Positions 51,970 through 64,000 of a stretch of 64,000 nt of DNA are shown here, in pieces. The stretch is taken from assembly GCA_001662655.1 (NCBI GenBank), contig KV460229.1, one strand, 5' to 3'. The notes under the pieces were generated by a model, which searched no databases, had not been told where the DNA came from, and worked only from the letters and a program-made list of their open reading frames with translations. Every line of letters starts with the position of its first letter. Positions within the stretch are counted from its first letter, which is position 1. A program made the translations under genes and the position numbers. This DNA is from Pseudogymnoascus verrucosus (taxonomy: Eukaryota).

Positions 51970-54906
51970 TCACTCCAGCCGCGTCACTACAGTCTTTAGA
52001 ATCTCTACTGTCTTCTTGGACGCATTCTTCGGATCCTTCGCAACGCTCTGCCATATCTCGCCATGCCTCGGCTCGCTAAGAATACACTTTGCCTCGACGT
52101 CTGCACGTTTCTCCTGATTTAATATTAGCGACTGCCTCTGCAGAGAGTTAATTGGCAAACTTACATCCGTTCCATGCTGCATCAGGAACTTATAATACCA
52201 CGCCCAAGTATCTCCCAAGTCCGGGTCCAACGCAATGCCCCTCTCGAACCAATTCTGCGCCTTTTCCAGCTTGCGCTCGCCCCAGAAGATGCGCGCTACG
52301 GTCACGAAGAGTATCGGATCGTCATCAACCTTCTTGATAGCTTCCAAACTGCGGGGCTTGCGCTGGGTTCGAGGCTCCAAGTGCCAAATAGACTCACTCC
52401 ACAGCAGACCACTCTTTGGGACTTCCTGTAGCGCCTTCGCCATGAGAACCTTTGCCTGACTAATATTATTTGCTCGTCTTTCGACGCGAATAGATTCCAC
52501 CCACAGCTCTGGCGATTTGGCAACAGCGAGGCGGGCACGGTCAAGTACAGATCGGGCCTTGACAACCATTCCTGCTTTCTCCTCGAGGCGTGAGTAGAGC
52601 AACCATAGAGCTACCGAACGGGGACAGGCTTTTGTGCCTGTGCTGTAGGCTTCGCGGGCTTGGGGAAGTTTCCCTTCGCCCTCGTAGATCTGTCCCTTCA
52701 TCATCCACAGCTTGTCAGCCGCAGGGAATAATTGCAGGGCTTCGTTAACAAGGTCCAGCGCGGCGTCGACATTGCCGAGCTGGCGCTCGAAAGAAACACT
52801 CTTCATCCAAACACGGTTGGTGGGAGCTTCTTGTCTCGCGACCTTGAGCAGATTCCTCGCCTGGTCCGGTTCGCCATTATCAGCTTCGAGCCTGACAGCA
52901 GAAAGCCAGATGTCTTCGTTGTTCGGGTTCTGGTTGAAGGCTCTGCCGAGTACCATCCTTGCCTCCTGGATCTCCCCAGCCTGCCATTTCTCTTTGGCGA
53001 GCATCATCCACAGAACCTCGCTCTGTGGGCAAGCCTCCACAGCCTTCTCCAACAAATGCGACAAAGTCTCCCTTGTACCGTGATTCTTCTCCAGGTCAGC
53101 AGCAGCAAGCCACAGGGTCTTGCTGTTGACAAATACACGGAGTGCGTAGGCATAGATAGCTCTTGCTGTTTCGTATTTCCCTCTCCCAATACTAGACTTG
53201 GCATCGTCCATCCAGATGTCCTTTCGGTCATCATCCTCGTCGAGGCCCCACCCCAGAATCTCTCTGATGATGTTGCCGCAGGTCAGAATTGCACCTTCGT
53301 CTTCGCACTTCTCGGCTTCGGTGATCCAGTCTTCTCTCTTAAGCATAGCAGACTCCTTGGCAAGGGCCTGGACGGCACGCTTCATGACATTGATCTTGCT
53401 CGGAACGCCACTTGCCACTTCTTGTTGTTCCTGAAGCCTTGCCGCAGCAATCCAAATTTCATGAGATGTTGGGACAGCTTTGCGGGCCTTGTTGAGAACC
53501 TTTTGCGCATTTTCAGCAGTTTCAAGTCTAGCCAGTGCCAGCCATAATTCGACGGACAGTGGGATGATCTCTGTTGCCTTGGCTAACAAGAGCTTGGCAT
53601 CGTTTGGATCTTCCTCCAGATTGACGGCCTCTTTCCATAGCAAAACAGATTGTGGGATGTGATCCAACGCGTGACGTATTACCCTCTTCTTAGCCCTCGG
53701 CTCTGCCTCAAGGTTCATAGCCTCAATCCATAGGGTTATCGAGTGGTCGTTATTCTTGATCGCGTTTGCCGCAATAATCTTCGCATTGTGGTTGTCGTTG
53801 AGTCGGATATTCTCCACCCACACATCTTCGCTCTTGGGACAGTGCTCGCAGCCCCGCGCGATGACATTCCTCGCAGCAACCATCTTGCCCGCAAGTTCTT
53901 CCAGACGCGCCGCCGCAATCCAGCCAGGGGCGTGCTTCGGGTTCGTTCGAATAACAGATTCCAGCAGCACTCGTGCGCGCTTGATGTCGCCCACTTGCGC
54001 ATCGCCTTCGCCGATATGTGATTTTGCCAGACTGGTGAGATAACCCTTAGGGTCAATATTTGTAGCACTTCCTGCCACGGAATCTCCACCATTGCCCGCT
54101 GAAGCCTGGTCCAAACGAACCTGCAGGACCTTATCTCTCGCCGCTCCGATATCCGCAAAGTTCGTCATTGTCCCGTCTCCTTGCTCAGTCGTTGACGCCA
54201 TTCCGTCCTCCATAACCGTCGTTCCCATTTGTCCTGTGGTCCCAGCGGCAGCCAACACACTATCCGGAACGGCATAGAACTTGTTCCTGAGAGCTTGCTT
54301 GCTCCTGCGATTCTTGCCCGTCAGATCGCCCACCTCTGGTAGGTTCGCCCAGTCCTCATCGGTAACGGTACCAAGCGCGCGCTTGAGGTCCGCAAACTGC
54401 TGTTGGATCTTCGGATTATTGCGCTCGTATTCTTCGCGCTCGGCTTTCTCGCGTGCTTCCCTGTAGGCCTGGTCGGTATTCTGTTCATCTTTGATAAACC
54501 ATCTGCTATGCAGGGTTGGGGTGGGGGTGGGAGAAGGGGGGACAAACCTGCGTATCTTCCGCCGCCTATCCATCTTCTCTTCTACATCTTGGTATATCCT
54601 GTCTGCCTCATCGTCCTCCCTGTCATACGTTCCCCCAGCGAATAGTCCGACCTCGTTCTCGGGATCCTGGAAGCGCTCGTCGTCGTCTTCCTCTTCTTTC
54701 TTCTCAGGAACTCCGTATGCTGATGGGGCAGCTGCGCCGAGCTGTGCCGCGCGCTTTGCGAGCGCTTCTTTGATCTGATCCTCACTCGGGCCCTCGCGCG
54801 CCGGCCCAAGATCTGAGCGGGTGGTGAATCCAGTGGCGCCACGACCGAGACCAGCGACGTAGTTCTCGGGGGCCGGTTGATTGAGAAAGTCGCGTCGTCC
54901 AGACAT
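51970..54906 (-). CDS. PRP6: U5 snRNP pre-mRNA splicing factor Prp6 (S. pombe Prp1)
   Basis: YVAGLGRGATGFTTRSDLGPA, KIQQQFADLKR, IDPKGYLT, HAT/TPR repeats, EPRHGEIW. Two in-frame introns at 54461-54547 and 52114-52164. Confidence 0.97.
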   Translation of the reverse strand: MSGRRDFLNQPAPENYVAGLGRGATGFTTRSDLGPAREGPSEDQIKEALAKRAAQLGAAAPSAYGVPEKKEEEDDDERFQDPENEVGLFAGGTYDREDDEADRIYQDVEEKMDRRRKIRRFVPPSPTPTPTLHSRWFIKDEQNTDQAYREAREKAEREEYERNNPKIQQQFADLKRALGTVTDEDWANLPEVGDLTGKNRRSKQALRNKFYAVPDSVLAAAGTTGQMGTTVMEDGMASTTEQGDGTMTNFADIGAARDKVLQVRLDQASAGNGGDSVAGSATNIDPKGYLTSLAKSHIGEGDAQVGDIKRARVLLESVIRTNPKHAPGWIAAARLEELAGKMVAARNVIARGCEHCPKSEDVWVENIRLNDNHNAKIIAANAIKNNDHSITLWIEAMNLEAEPRAKKRVIRHALDHIPQSVLLWKEAVNLEEDPNDAKLLLAKATEIIPLSVELWLALARLETAENAQKVLNKARKAVPTSHEIWIAAARLQEQQEVASGVPSKINVMKRAVQALAKESAMLKREDWITEAEKCEDEGAILTCGNIIREILGWGLDEDDDRKDIWMDDAKSSIGRGKYETARAIYAYALRVFVNSKTLWLAAADLEKNHGTRETLSHLLEKAVEACPQSEVLWMMLAKEKWQAGEIQEARMVLGRAFNQNPNNEDIWLSAVRLEADNGEPDQARNLLKVARQEAPTNRVWMKSVSFERQLGNVDAALDLVNEALQLFPAADKLWMMKGQIYEGEGKLPQAREAYSTGTKACPRSVALWLLYSRLEEKAGMVVKARSVLDRARLAVAKSPELWVESIRVERRANNISQAKVLMAKALQEVPKSGLLWSESIWHLEPRTQRKPRSLEAIKKVDDDPILFVTVARIFWGERKLEKAQNWFERGIALDPDLGDTWAWYYKFLMQHGTDVSLPINSLQRQSLILNQEKRADVEAKCILSEPRHGEIWQSVAKDPKNASKKTVEILKTVVTRLE

Positions 54907-56490
<1,584 letters not shown>

Positions 56491-57151
56491 AGTTACTTTG
56501 ACGTGCGATGTTCAAATGAGGCGTTGGTGGGGTTAGCGGGCGTTAGGAGGCATATTGTATGTGATGCATGCACAAGACATCACTTTATTTAGTAAGGGTA
56601 TATAGAAAAAAAGCCATACGGAATGAAACATTTTTTACAGTTAAAAACGAACGATCAAGTGGGCACTATTTACTCTCAGGGCATTCGCTCTTTGCCCAAC
56701 AGGTCATGGAGATGTTCAGTTGAAGGATCTAAAGGATGCTCTTGAGAATATCATGGATTAATGAGAATACCCTGTTGAGTGTTTTGTCCGAGCTACTTTC
56801 ATGAAGCTTTTGGTTTTCGGTGATAATATTCTGATAATAATTATCTCGGTGTCCCAATTATCATGGATATGAATTTAAATTGATTCGTAATGTTAGGCTA
56901 CATTTAAACTAATGGCTAAAACCAGCATCGGCCATAAGACCACATCTTTTACCATTTAACCACCCTAGAAATCGTGGGGGGTTAAGTTCTCATATTGTGA
57001 GCACAACCTCGTATATTTATTCTCAAAGCTCTAATTGGCTGTTCTCTTCATAAGCGACCCACTGTATACGGACGCGCACGTACCTGATGTTAGAGGCGCC
57101 CCACATGCCTATCTTGCTATTATTAAATAAGCTTAACCAGAACTATCAACG

Positions 57152-59892
57152 ATGTCATCAGTTAAGGACACTGTAGATCTTGGAGAGAGTACGAGCAGTA
57201 AGAGCTGGTAGACACCTCCCAGGTTGACTCGTCCTCTATTAGAAGATGAAGGTACGTTTTGATGTGCTCTCTAGCTATAAAAGCGCCTGTATAGACTAAC
57301 TATCGTAGCTCCTTCTGAAATCATTCCCTTGGAGCAGTCCAGTCCGCACGGAACAGGAATTCTAACTGTTATACTCTTCCAAGCTACTAATCTGAGCCTA
57401 CCACATCTGGGCGAAGGGTCTAGTTCAGTAGGGTTTGCTGATCCAGAACTGCACAAGCAATGGCTGCCTTATGCTGTCTTGGAATATGAAAAGTTCCAGG
57501 TATCCGCCGAGTCCATATGTTGGGGAAGGAAGGGAAGCGTTCATTGGATGGGCAATCCCACCCCAATTAAGTTTGACGTCTCTGCCTCTTCTGAGCTTAT
57601 CGTGCACCTGTTCGTCAGGAACTATGATGTTTCGAAAGAATGCCAAGTCGTACTGCTTGGGTCGATCAAATTGGACCCATTTCTGGAATCCCGGACTCTG
57701 GGTACGGTGGCGGTAGATGTTCAAGATGGGAGCGGAAGAGTGTTACTCGAGGTTTCTTACGTCGCGAAAGAGATACTCCCCTTAGATGACTGGAAAATGT
57801 GGCGAGTCTCCAAAGAAGTTAATACTGGCGATCTTGTCTATGTCAAAAAAGAAGACTCGGGTCGAAGCTACGCCATGAAGACGATCCCCATAGACCAAAA
57901 CGTTTCTGGGTTAGACCTGACATACAGCCTTTACTCCCGGATTGAACATCCCTTCATCGCATCGCTCAAATTTGCGTTCAAATCGTCTAAGGGGCTGAGC
58001 CTTCTTTCAGGGCTGGCTGATGGCGGACACCTTTTTTCTCACCTCCAAAGGCAGCGACGCTTTGACGTTGACGTTGCGAGACTTTATGCTGCTGAGCTAG
58101 TCTGTGTGCTGGAATATCTGCACGGCAAAGGTATTATTCTCGCATCTCTGAGGCCGGAGAATATCCTTCTAGACTCATATGGCCATGTCAGTCTATGCAG
58201 TCCCGGCCTCTTCGGGCTCGAGCTGAAGGACAGCGATCACATCATGCCCGGCACACCTGAGTATCCAGCCCCTGAGGTCGTTCTCGGCCAAGAAACCTCC
58301 CGGGAAGTGGATTGGTGGAGCTTGGGGATTATTCTCTATGAGATGTTGACCGGACTACCCCCTTTCTACCACGCAGAGGCCGATGAGCGAGAACGTAGAA
58401 TTATCGGTGAACCTCTACCACAGCTCCCTAACAGCCTTTCACCAACTGCCAGGGACATTCTAGTTGGGCTTCTCCACAAGGACCCTAAAAAGCGCCTGGG
58501 GGCAAACGGGTCTTCAGAGGTAAAAGCTCACGCGTTCTTCCACGATGTAGATTGGCATGAGCTACTTGAGCGGACATATATGACCCCCTTTAAACCCATC
58601 AATTCCACGCCAGTTTTCAGAGTCGAACCCGACAAACGCAACCCCCCCGCAGTGCGACGACAATCCAAAGGAATTATATACGAGAAAATGGAAATCTTCA
58701 GTTACACACGCTGGAATCCTATCGATAAGGTTAGGGATGGAAATGAAGATACTGCCTCGGAGAAGAGTTCTTCTAAATCTGAAGATGATGGGTGGGAGTT
58801 GGTGTGGGAGCCAATAACCCAAGAGTTCCATTTTAGGAATCGTTTCACTAACGAGAAACGCCCGGCAAGTCTCAAAGCTCCTGGGCCGGTGGTTGAGGCA
58901 CAGAAGCCTTTGGAATCTTCACCTACGGCTGGACGTAATTTCACCACAGCCCAAGATAGTGTTGAACTAGTTTCGCACAATCTTCCCAGTCAAGTTCAGA
59001 AGAAGGACGCACTAGCGGCTGCGTTGAAAGCTGGATACAGTAACCATACGATCTCACAAATCCTTGAATATGAAATAGACTTGAATACCTGGATTCTTTA
59101 CTACGACGAAAGGAGCGATGGAGACTTTGTGCCATTTTTACTAGACAACATTCCAACCACTCCGCTGGAATGGGCCGTGGGACACGATAACCTCGGTCTC
59201 GTCAACCTTTTCCTAGAAAAAGGAGCCGACGCGAATTATACTTGCTACAAGACACAGGGAACTACAAGACACAGGGACCTGCCCTCATAAAGGCAGTGAG
59301 GCGAAGGAACAAGAAACTTGTGGAAATTTTAGCCCAGAAAACAAACCGAGTCTCAATGACCAGATCCCTGTGTCTAGCTGTGGATCAGCAGGACACAGCA
59401 ATCGTCAATATCCTACTTGCGAGCGGCGTTAGCTGTGACTTCGAGGAATCAGATCGGCCTATTCCCCCCGATCCGTATTTTCACCAATGTACTTTCGGAA
59501 TCCCGCCACCACTCCAAGAGGGAGACTTCATAGCCCCTCTTGTTCGAGCAGCCAGGGCTGGTAATGCAGATATGGTCAGGCTTCTTCTTGCAAACGGTGC
59601 GGATCCCAATATTGGTTACCACGTATACCATAACCAGGAATACGATGGCCTTAACTTGGTAATACCAATTCACTTTCACTGCGGATGGGTCGTGCAGGTG
59701 GCAATGGAGTTACGGCATTTGGAGATTGTTCAATTGCTTCTCGACAGCGGCGCAGATGTTGATCTCCCACAGCCAGTCTGGCCGGTAAGGTCCCACACAT
59801 GTCCGCTGGTGCCGAGGAGCGTGTATCTCATGGTGACAGCTGGACTAGAGGCAGCAGTTGCGGCGGGAAAAGGCAGCGGAGTGGCTATTTAG
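57152..59892 (+). pseudogene. AGC (Ypk1/Gad8-like) pseudokinase with C2-like, WW-like and ankyrin regions, disrupted
   Basis: Kinase-fold motifs YAMK, HPFIASL, RPENILLD, GTPEYPAPE, DWWSLG. Ankyrin motifs TPLEWAV and PLVRAAR. In-frame TAG at 57209-57211 in exon 1 (intron 57252-57308) and a 17-nt duplication frameshift at 59245-59277. Confidence 0.8.
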
Positions 59893-60606
59893 GGGTTAGC
59901 ATCGTGTAAGAGGGATTATATGAGTATATTACGAAAACACAGCTCCCTACCGGATTAACATGTTTATTTAATGGTTATCTTCCCGAACCTTAGAACTACA
60001 GGTAGTTATAGTCCCTCACTTATCTATCCGCACTCTCCCTCCGTCCTTTTCAACACACACTTTGATAAATGTCTGCCGCTGTCGGTGTTCCGGCATTAGT
60101 TTTGCTGTTTACCACCTAAATACTTACTCGGTAAATAGTTCCGCTGAAAGCCGTAACATTAGGGTGATTACATGGGGTTGTATGGCATGACAGGGGTCAC
60201 CTGCTTTATATGGGGAGAGGAAGTACGGCAGTTGGGTTGCGCTTTAAACGATACAGTTTGCGTCTATTGCATAGTAAATTCTGAGATATAATTATGCGCA
60301 TGCTGCAGATCAGTATGAGAGTAACAATCTAGCTACCGGTTAAGACGGCATCAATACGAAATACGATGAAGTTCTGTGCCGACAATTGCATACTACTCCT
60401 TACAGCAAGATTTATAAGAGAAGAGTAAGCACGGCATATATTTACTGTATGAAAGTGATGTTTGACTGCGAGCAATCATGAGAAGACAGATTGAAAATAA
60501 CAGCGATATATAAGACTTGACCTGTTTGGTAATATTAACTCTCACTATCAAACCCACCACACAGAATCACCACATATCTCATTATACAAATTTTTATCAG
60601 CCAAAT

Positions 60607-61018
60607 ATGCAATCTACAGTACGATTTCTTCCGTTGTAATATAGAGTCTGATTTATTTCTAACAGCTGTATAGATCTTAAAGCTCGCGGTGTTGGCTGCG
60701 GCCGTACTTGCTTATCCTGGGCCACATGTCGAACAGCGCGATACACGCCAATTCTTTGGATATACCGACTTTGAGTGTGCGGGCGGCACCATAATGACTG
60801 GTCCTGTTACCACTGGAGTTTGTGTTGCAGCACCGGAAGCTATGACATCTGCTCAAATCTTTGGCTCGAACTTCTGGGACGCCCAGGTGAAATTTTACAG
60901 CGATTCGAGCTGTCAAGATGAAATCTCAGCGGTTACAGAGGTCGGCGACAACGAAGCCAGCTTGTGCTTTGATCTAGGGACAAAAGCAAAGAGTGTCAAA
61001 TATGTTAGCTCATTGTAG
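60607..61018 (+). CDS. Small secreted 4-Cys protein
   Basis: Exon MQST (60607-60618), intron 60619-60673, then ILKLAVLAAAVLAYP..EQR. Two internal half-repeats (YTDFECAG...TGVC and YSDSSCQD...SLC). Confidence 0.8.
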
Positions 61019-61634
61019 CCTTGTAGATACACAGTATCTAATTTTCGGGGCTGTTCTTGTCACACCTATCAATAGGAGAATTATAATATTCATATTTCCC
61101 CTCAAATAACCTCGCACATCTGTAAAATGGTAATTAAATAAATATTGTTTGCGTTGACGAGATCCTGTTATAACCTCTGCCACATCGGCAAAGGTAGTAT
61201 TCTAAGCTCGGAAGATGTCCTAATAGAGGAGATGATATGGTGTCTTAATGCTGACAAGGCACACGTGAGAAAACTAGTATAATGACGCTTATTGCACTCG
61301 TCGTATATATCAAAGGACCAACGGCAATAAATTGACGTTGTGCTCAGCGGGCCAGGTATATTTATATCACAAACACCCACGTCTGAGATTGTTGTCACTA
61401 TCTTTAGTCTCGAAATAAGCTTTGATTTGTCTTTAACTTTATCTAGAATTGCATTATAATGAGAGTTATGAGCTGTACTACAACTTCTCGGCAAGTATGG
61501 CCTTAAACAGTTGGCACACCACCATCAATCTGAAATTCAACAGCATAAATCTAGCTTCCTCATTTCAAGGTTTTGTCTGCACTTCAATAGTTAACACGGT
61601 GCTCTTATGGCGTCGTCCAACAGTATACTGACCT

Positions 61635-61856
61635 CTAGCAGTTGCATTGGCAGCAAATGGTCATGCCGCACCAGTTGCAAGGGCAGGCAACGTTGCATCG
61701 AGCCGCAGCTTGGGAGCGTTTGATCAAGTCCATGCTGAGATCCCCAGGATATTGCATCACAGCAGAATCAAGAGCCTTCCTGACAAGTGCATCGGGAGCA
61801 GCGTTTGTAACAGCCATAAGGCTCACGAGGGTGATGAAAACGGAAGTGATCTGCAT
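61635..61856 (-). CDS. Small secreted prepro-peptide with Kex2-type KR site and 8-Cys C-terminal core
   Basis: Signal MQITSVFITLVSLMAVTNA, pro-region, KR, then SQAAARCNVACPCNWCGMTICCQCNC*. Good start context (caacATG) and TATAAATA ~110 nt upstream on the minus strand. Confidence 0.85.
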   Translation of the reverse strand: MQITSVFITLVSLMAVTNAAPDALVRKALDSAVMQYPGDLSMDLIKRSQAAARCNVACPCNWCGMTICCQCNC

Positions 61857-62754
61857 GTTGTCTGAGTTATAGAACTGAACTGAAGGGTTTAGGTTGAGCT
61901 GGTGTATAAAGTGTTGTTTGTTGGTTGCGTTGTAATTCTTAAACAGAGAAGATTAAGGTGATATTTATACTCTATAGTCCAGTGCCGATATCGCCTGTAC
62001 TATCCGTAAGAGCTAACCATGAGTTCGTAAATGTCCTGTAGCCTGAATCAGTCGTATTTAGCCGTACCAAATACGGTATTGCTTTGCTGACGGACACCAT
62101 TGCTTTGAGTCTTTGATATTTAGTAGTATGAGAGGTTTGATTTACAGCTGTGGATATCTAGTAAGAGGGGAGCCTTATCGTAGGTATGTTTTAGCTTTGC
62201 CGCAGTGTATGCATGCACAAGGTCATGGCAAGGTTATGACCTAACCTACTTGCAGAAATACCATCAGGCTAAATATTTACAGTTTTATCCATACTAGTGC
62301 TGACTTTTATGCATAAGAATATCATTTACGAGGGGTGTCAAAAGCCAAGTAGGTGACCATCTGGATACATTTTACGTATATTGAATCCTTCTTCATCCCC
62401 AATCCTTTGGCGGATGCAGCTTCCGCTAGTAAAATTGCATGAACTGAGACATTCTCCGCTATAAATACTCTGACGGATAAGTATTCCGTAGCAAGTATGG
62501 TTTGTGGGGTATGGAACTGGCGGGGTACAGGAGCACGGAGGTGATTAGGGGGTTCCGCGTGTCCGAATTCGTAGGCTGAATCTGATTCACACAAAAGATC
62601 AATGAGAGAATTAGCGAATAGTAAGGATATGTGAATGTCCTTTAATAGTACGTACTTACGGGTTATAGCCTTGGACTTGTTCCGTCAGTTTACCACGGCA
62701 GTCAAGGGACCATTGTCAGCAGCAGCAGTAGCGGCTGAACCAATATGCAGTTAT

Positions 62755-63699
62755 TCACATTTCTTCATCTGGATCGTACATATATCTATTGGCAGTTGCA
62801 GTATCCCACATTACACGCCAATCCGCGCATTGATGTAACGTTCCCCAGCCATTGAATCCAAACTCATTAGGCACCACTGATGACTCGAGTGCCATATCCC
62901 CAGCACACATAATTGCCTTTTGTTCCAGAGAGTTAGCTACCGAATCAGTTACGGTAAGGTTCGAATACCATACCTGTCGCAAATAGTCAAAACAATGGTC
63001 GAGATGCGATTCAGGACGAAAAACGCGCCTCCTGGTTATTGGTTTGTCGGTTTCTGCGTTAAATTTTCCGGTCATCGAGCCGAAGTGCAACCTAATCGAT
63101 GCCTGTAGAATAAAGTCAGATACTTCGTAGCAGTGTAAAACTAGCAGAGCTTACGAGACAATGTAGTTGATGATACATAGACATGGAATACACTTCGGCC
63201 TTCGTGGAGGTGGAGTTTTTATGATGATCGGGGTAACTTGGCGGCAAATTGAATCTTTCGGGCTCCGTTATTGTAACCATGCCGCTACCAGCTGGTGCAT
63301 GAATTAGCCATATATAAAGGGCAAAAGTAGGTGGTAAACGGACTTGGAAATAAAGACTGCCAAGATGAATTCCCTTGATCGGTGTTTGTAAAATGGAAGC
63401 TCGGATCTGGCTGGAAAGTTACACCTCTCCGGGGTACTTCGAAGTCAGCGTCAGATAAACCCAACTAAAGTTAGAGCAGCTTACTTACCAAGGAGGAAGG
63501 GAGATCCTTTAGGTTCTTGGTCTGCTTGTTTAGTATATTGTAACCATGCCCAGGTGCTGAAACTTCCCACCCAGACGAAGAGCATTAGAAAAAACAAGAT
63601 CTTATAGTGGTTTAAACGACGTATCAAAGGAGTGCGGTCGGCGGGGTCATTTTCCGAGTCCTTATCGGATGTCTCATTCGCAAGGAGGTTGTAACTCAT
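62755..63699 (-). CDS. ustYa: UstYa / DUF3328 family oxidase (5 exons)
   Basis: N-terminal TM anchor, W..L.P.G.G, both HxxHC motifs (MYHQLHCL and HLDHCFDYLRQ), AIMCAGD..LE and GWGTLHQC.DW. Confidence 0.92.
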
Positions 63700-64000
63700 G
63701 GTGTAAAGCAATCCCACAACTGCTGCAAATGATATGTTTTTGCTTCATGTCATGGAGTTGTAGCCATTCTTTTTTATTTTACAATCCAAATTCTAAGAAG
63801 GACGGCGGAAAACCGGAGTAAACAAAACATCTGTAGATGGATAAACTAAACTGCCACAACTTAGATAAGCCTTTTGCATAATACCTTAATCTAAAATGGA
63901 GGATTTTGTATGCAGCTGCTAGGCTTTTGTTTTGGTTCGTACGGGTAAATTGTTTCACTAAAACTCGCAGCGTTCGGCCCGTACCACCCGCTAATGATAG

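Overview
Intron-containing filamentous ascomycete DNA (GT-AG introns with CTRAC/CTAAY branch sites; genus cannot be fixed from sequence alone). About 26 protein genes and one tRNA-Trp(CCA) are supported. The left end (1-14 kb) looks accessory: a partial NB-ARC/TPR NLR, a possible galectin-fold protein, a HET gene with a premature stop, two type-I membrane proteins and a small secreted protein. The middle is mostly conserved: secreted sulfhydryl oxidase-like flavoprotein, 2H phosphoesterase, tRNA-Trp, a large DNMT5-type DNA methyltransferase-SNF2-RING fusion, thioesterase, RluA pseudouridine synthase, bZIP factor, lipase-like hydrolase, phosphotransferase, an intron-split HExxH protein, RIT1, DUF4396, PRP6 and DIM1. 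The right end (57-64 kb) has a broken pseudokinase-ankyrin gene and the best novelty candidate: a UstYa/DUF3328 oxidase next to a 73-aa secreted precursor with a Kex2-type KR site and a single 8-Cys core, a possible non-repeat fungal RiPP system. All calls come from manual reading; no database search was run.
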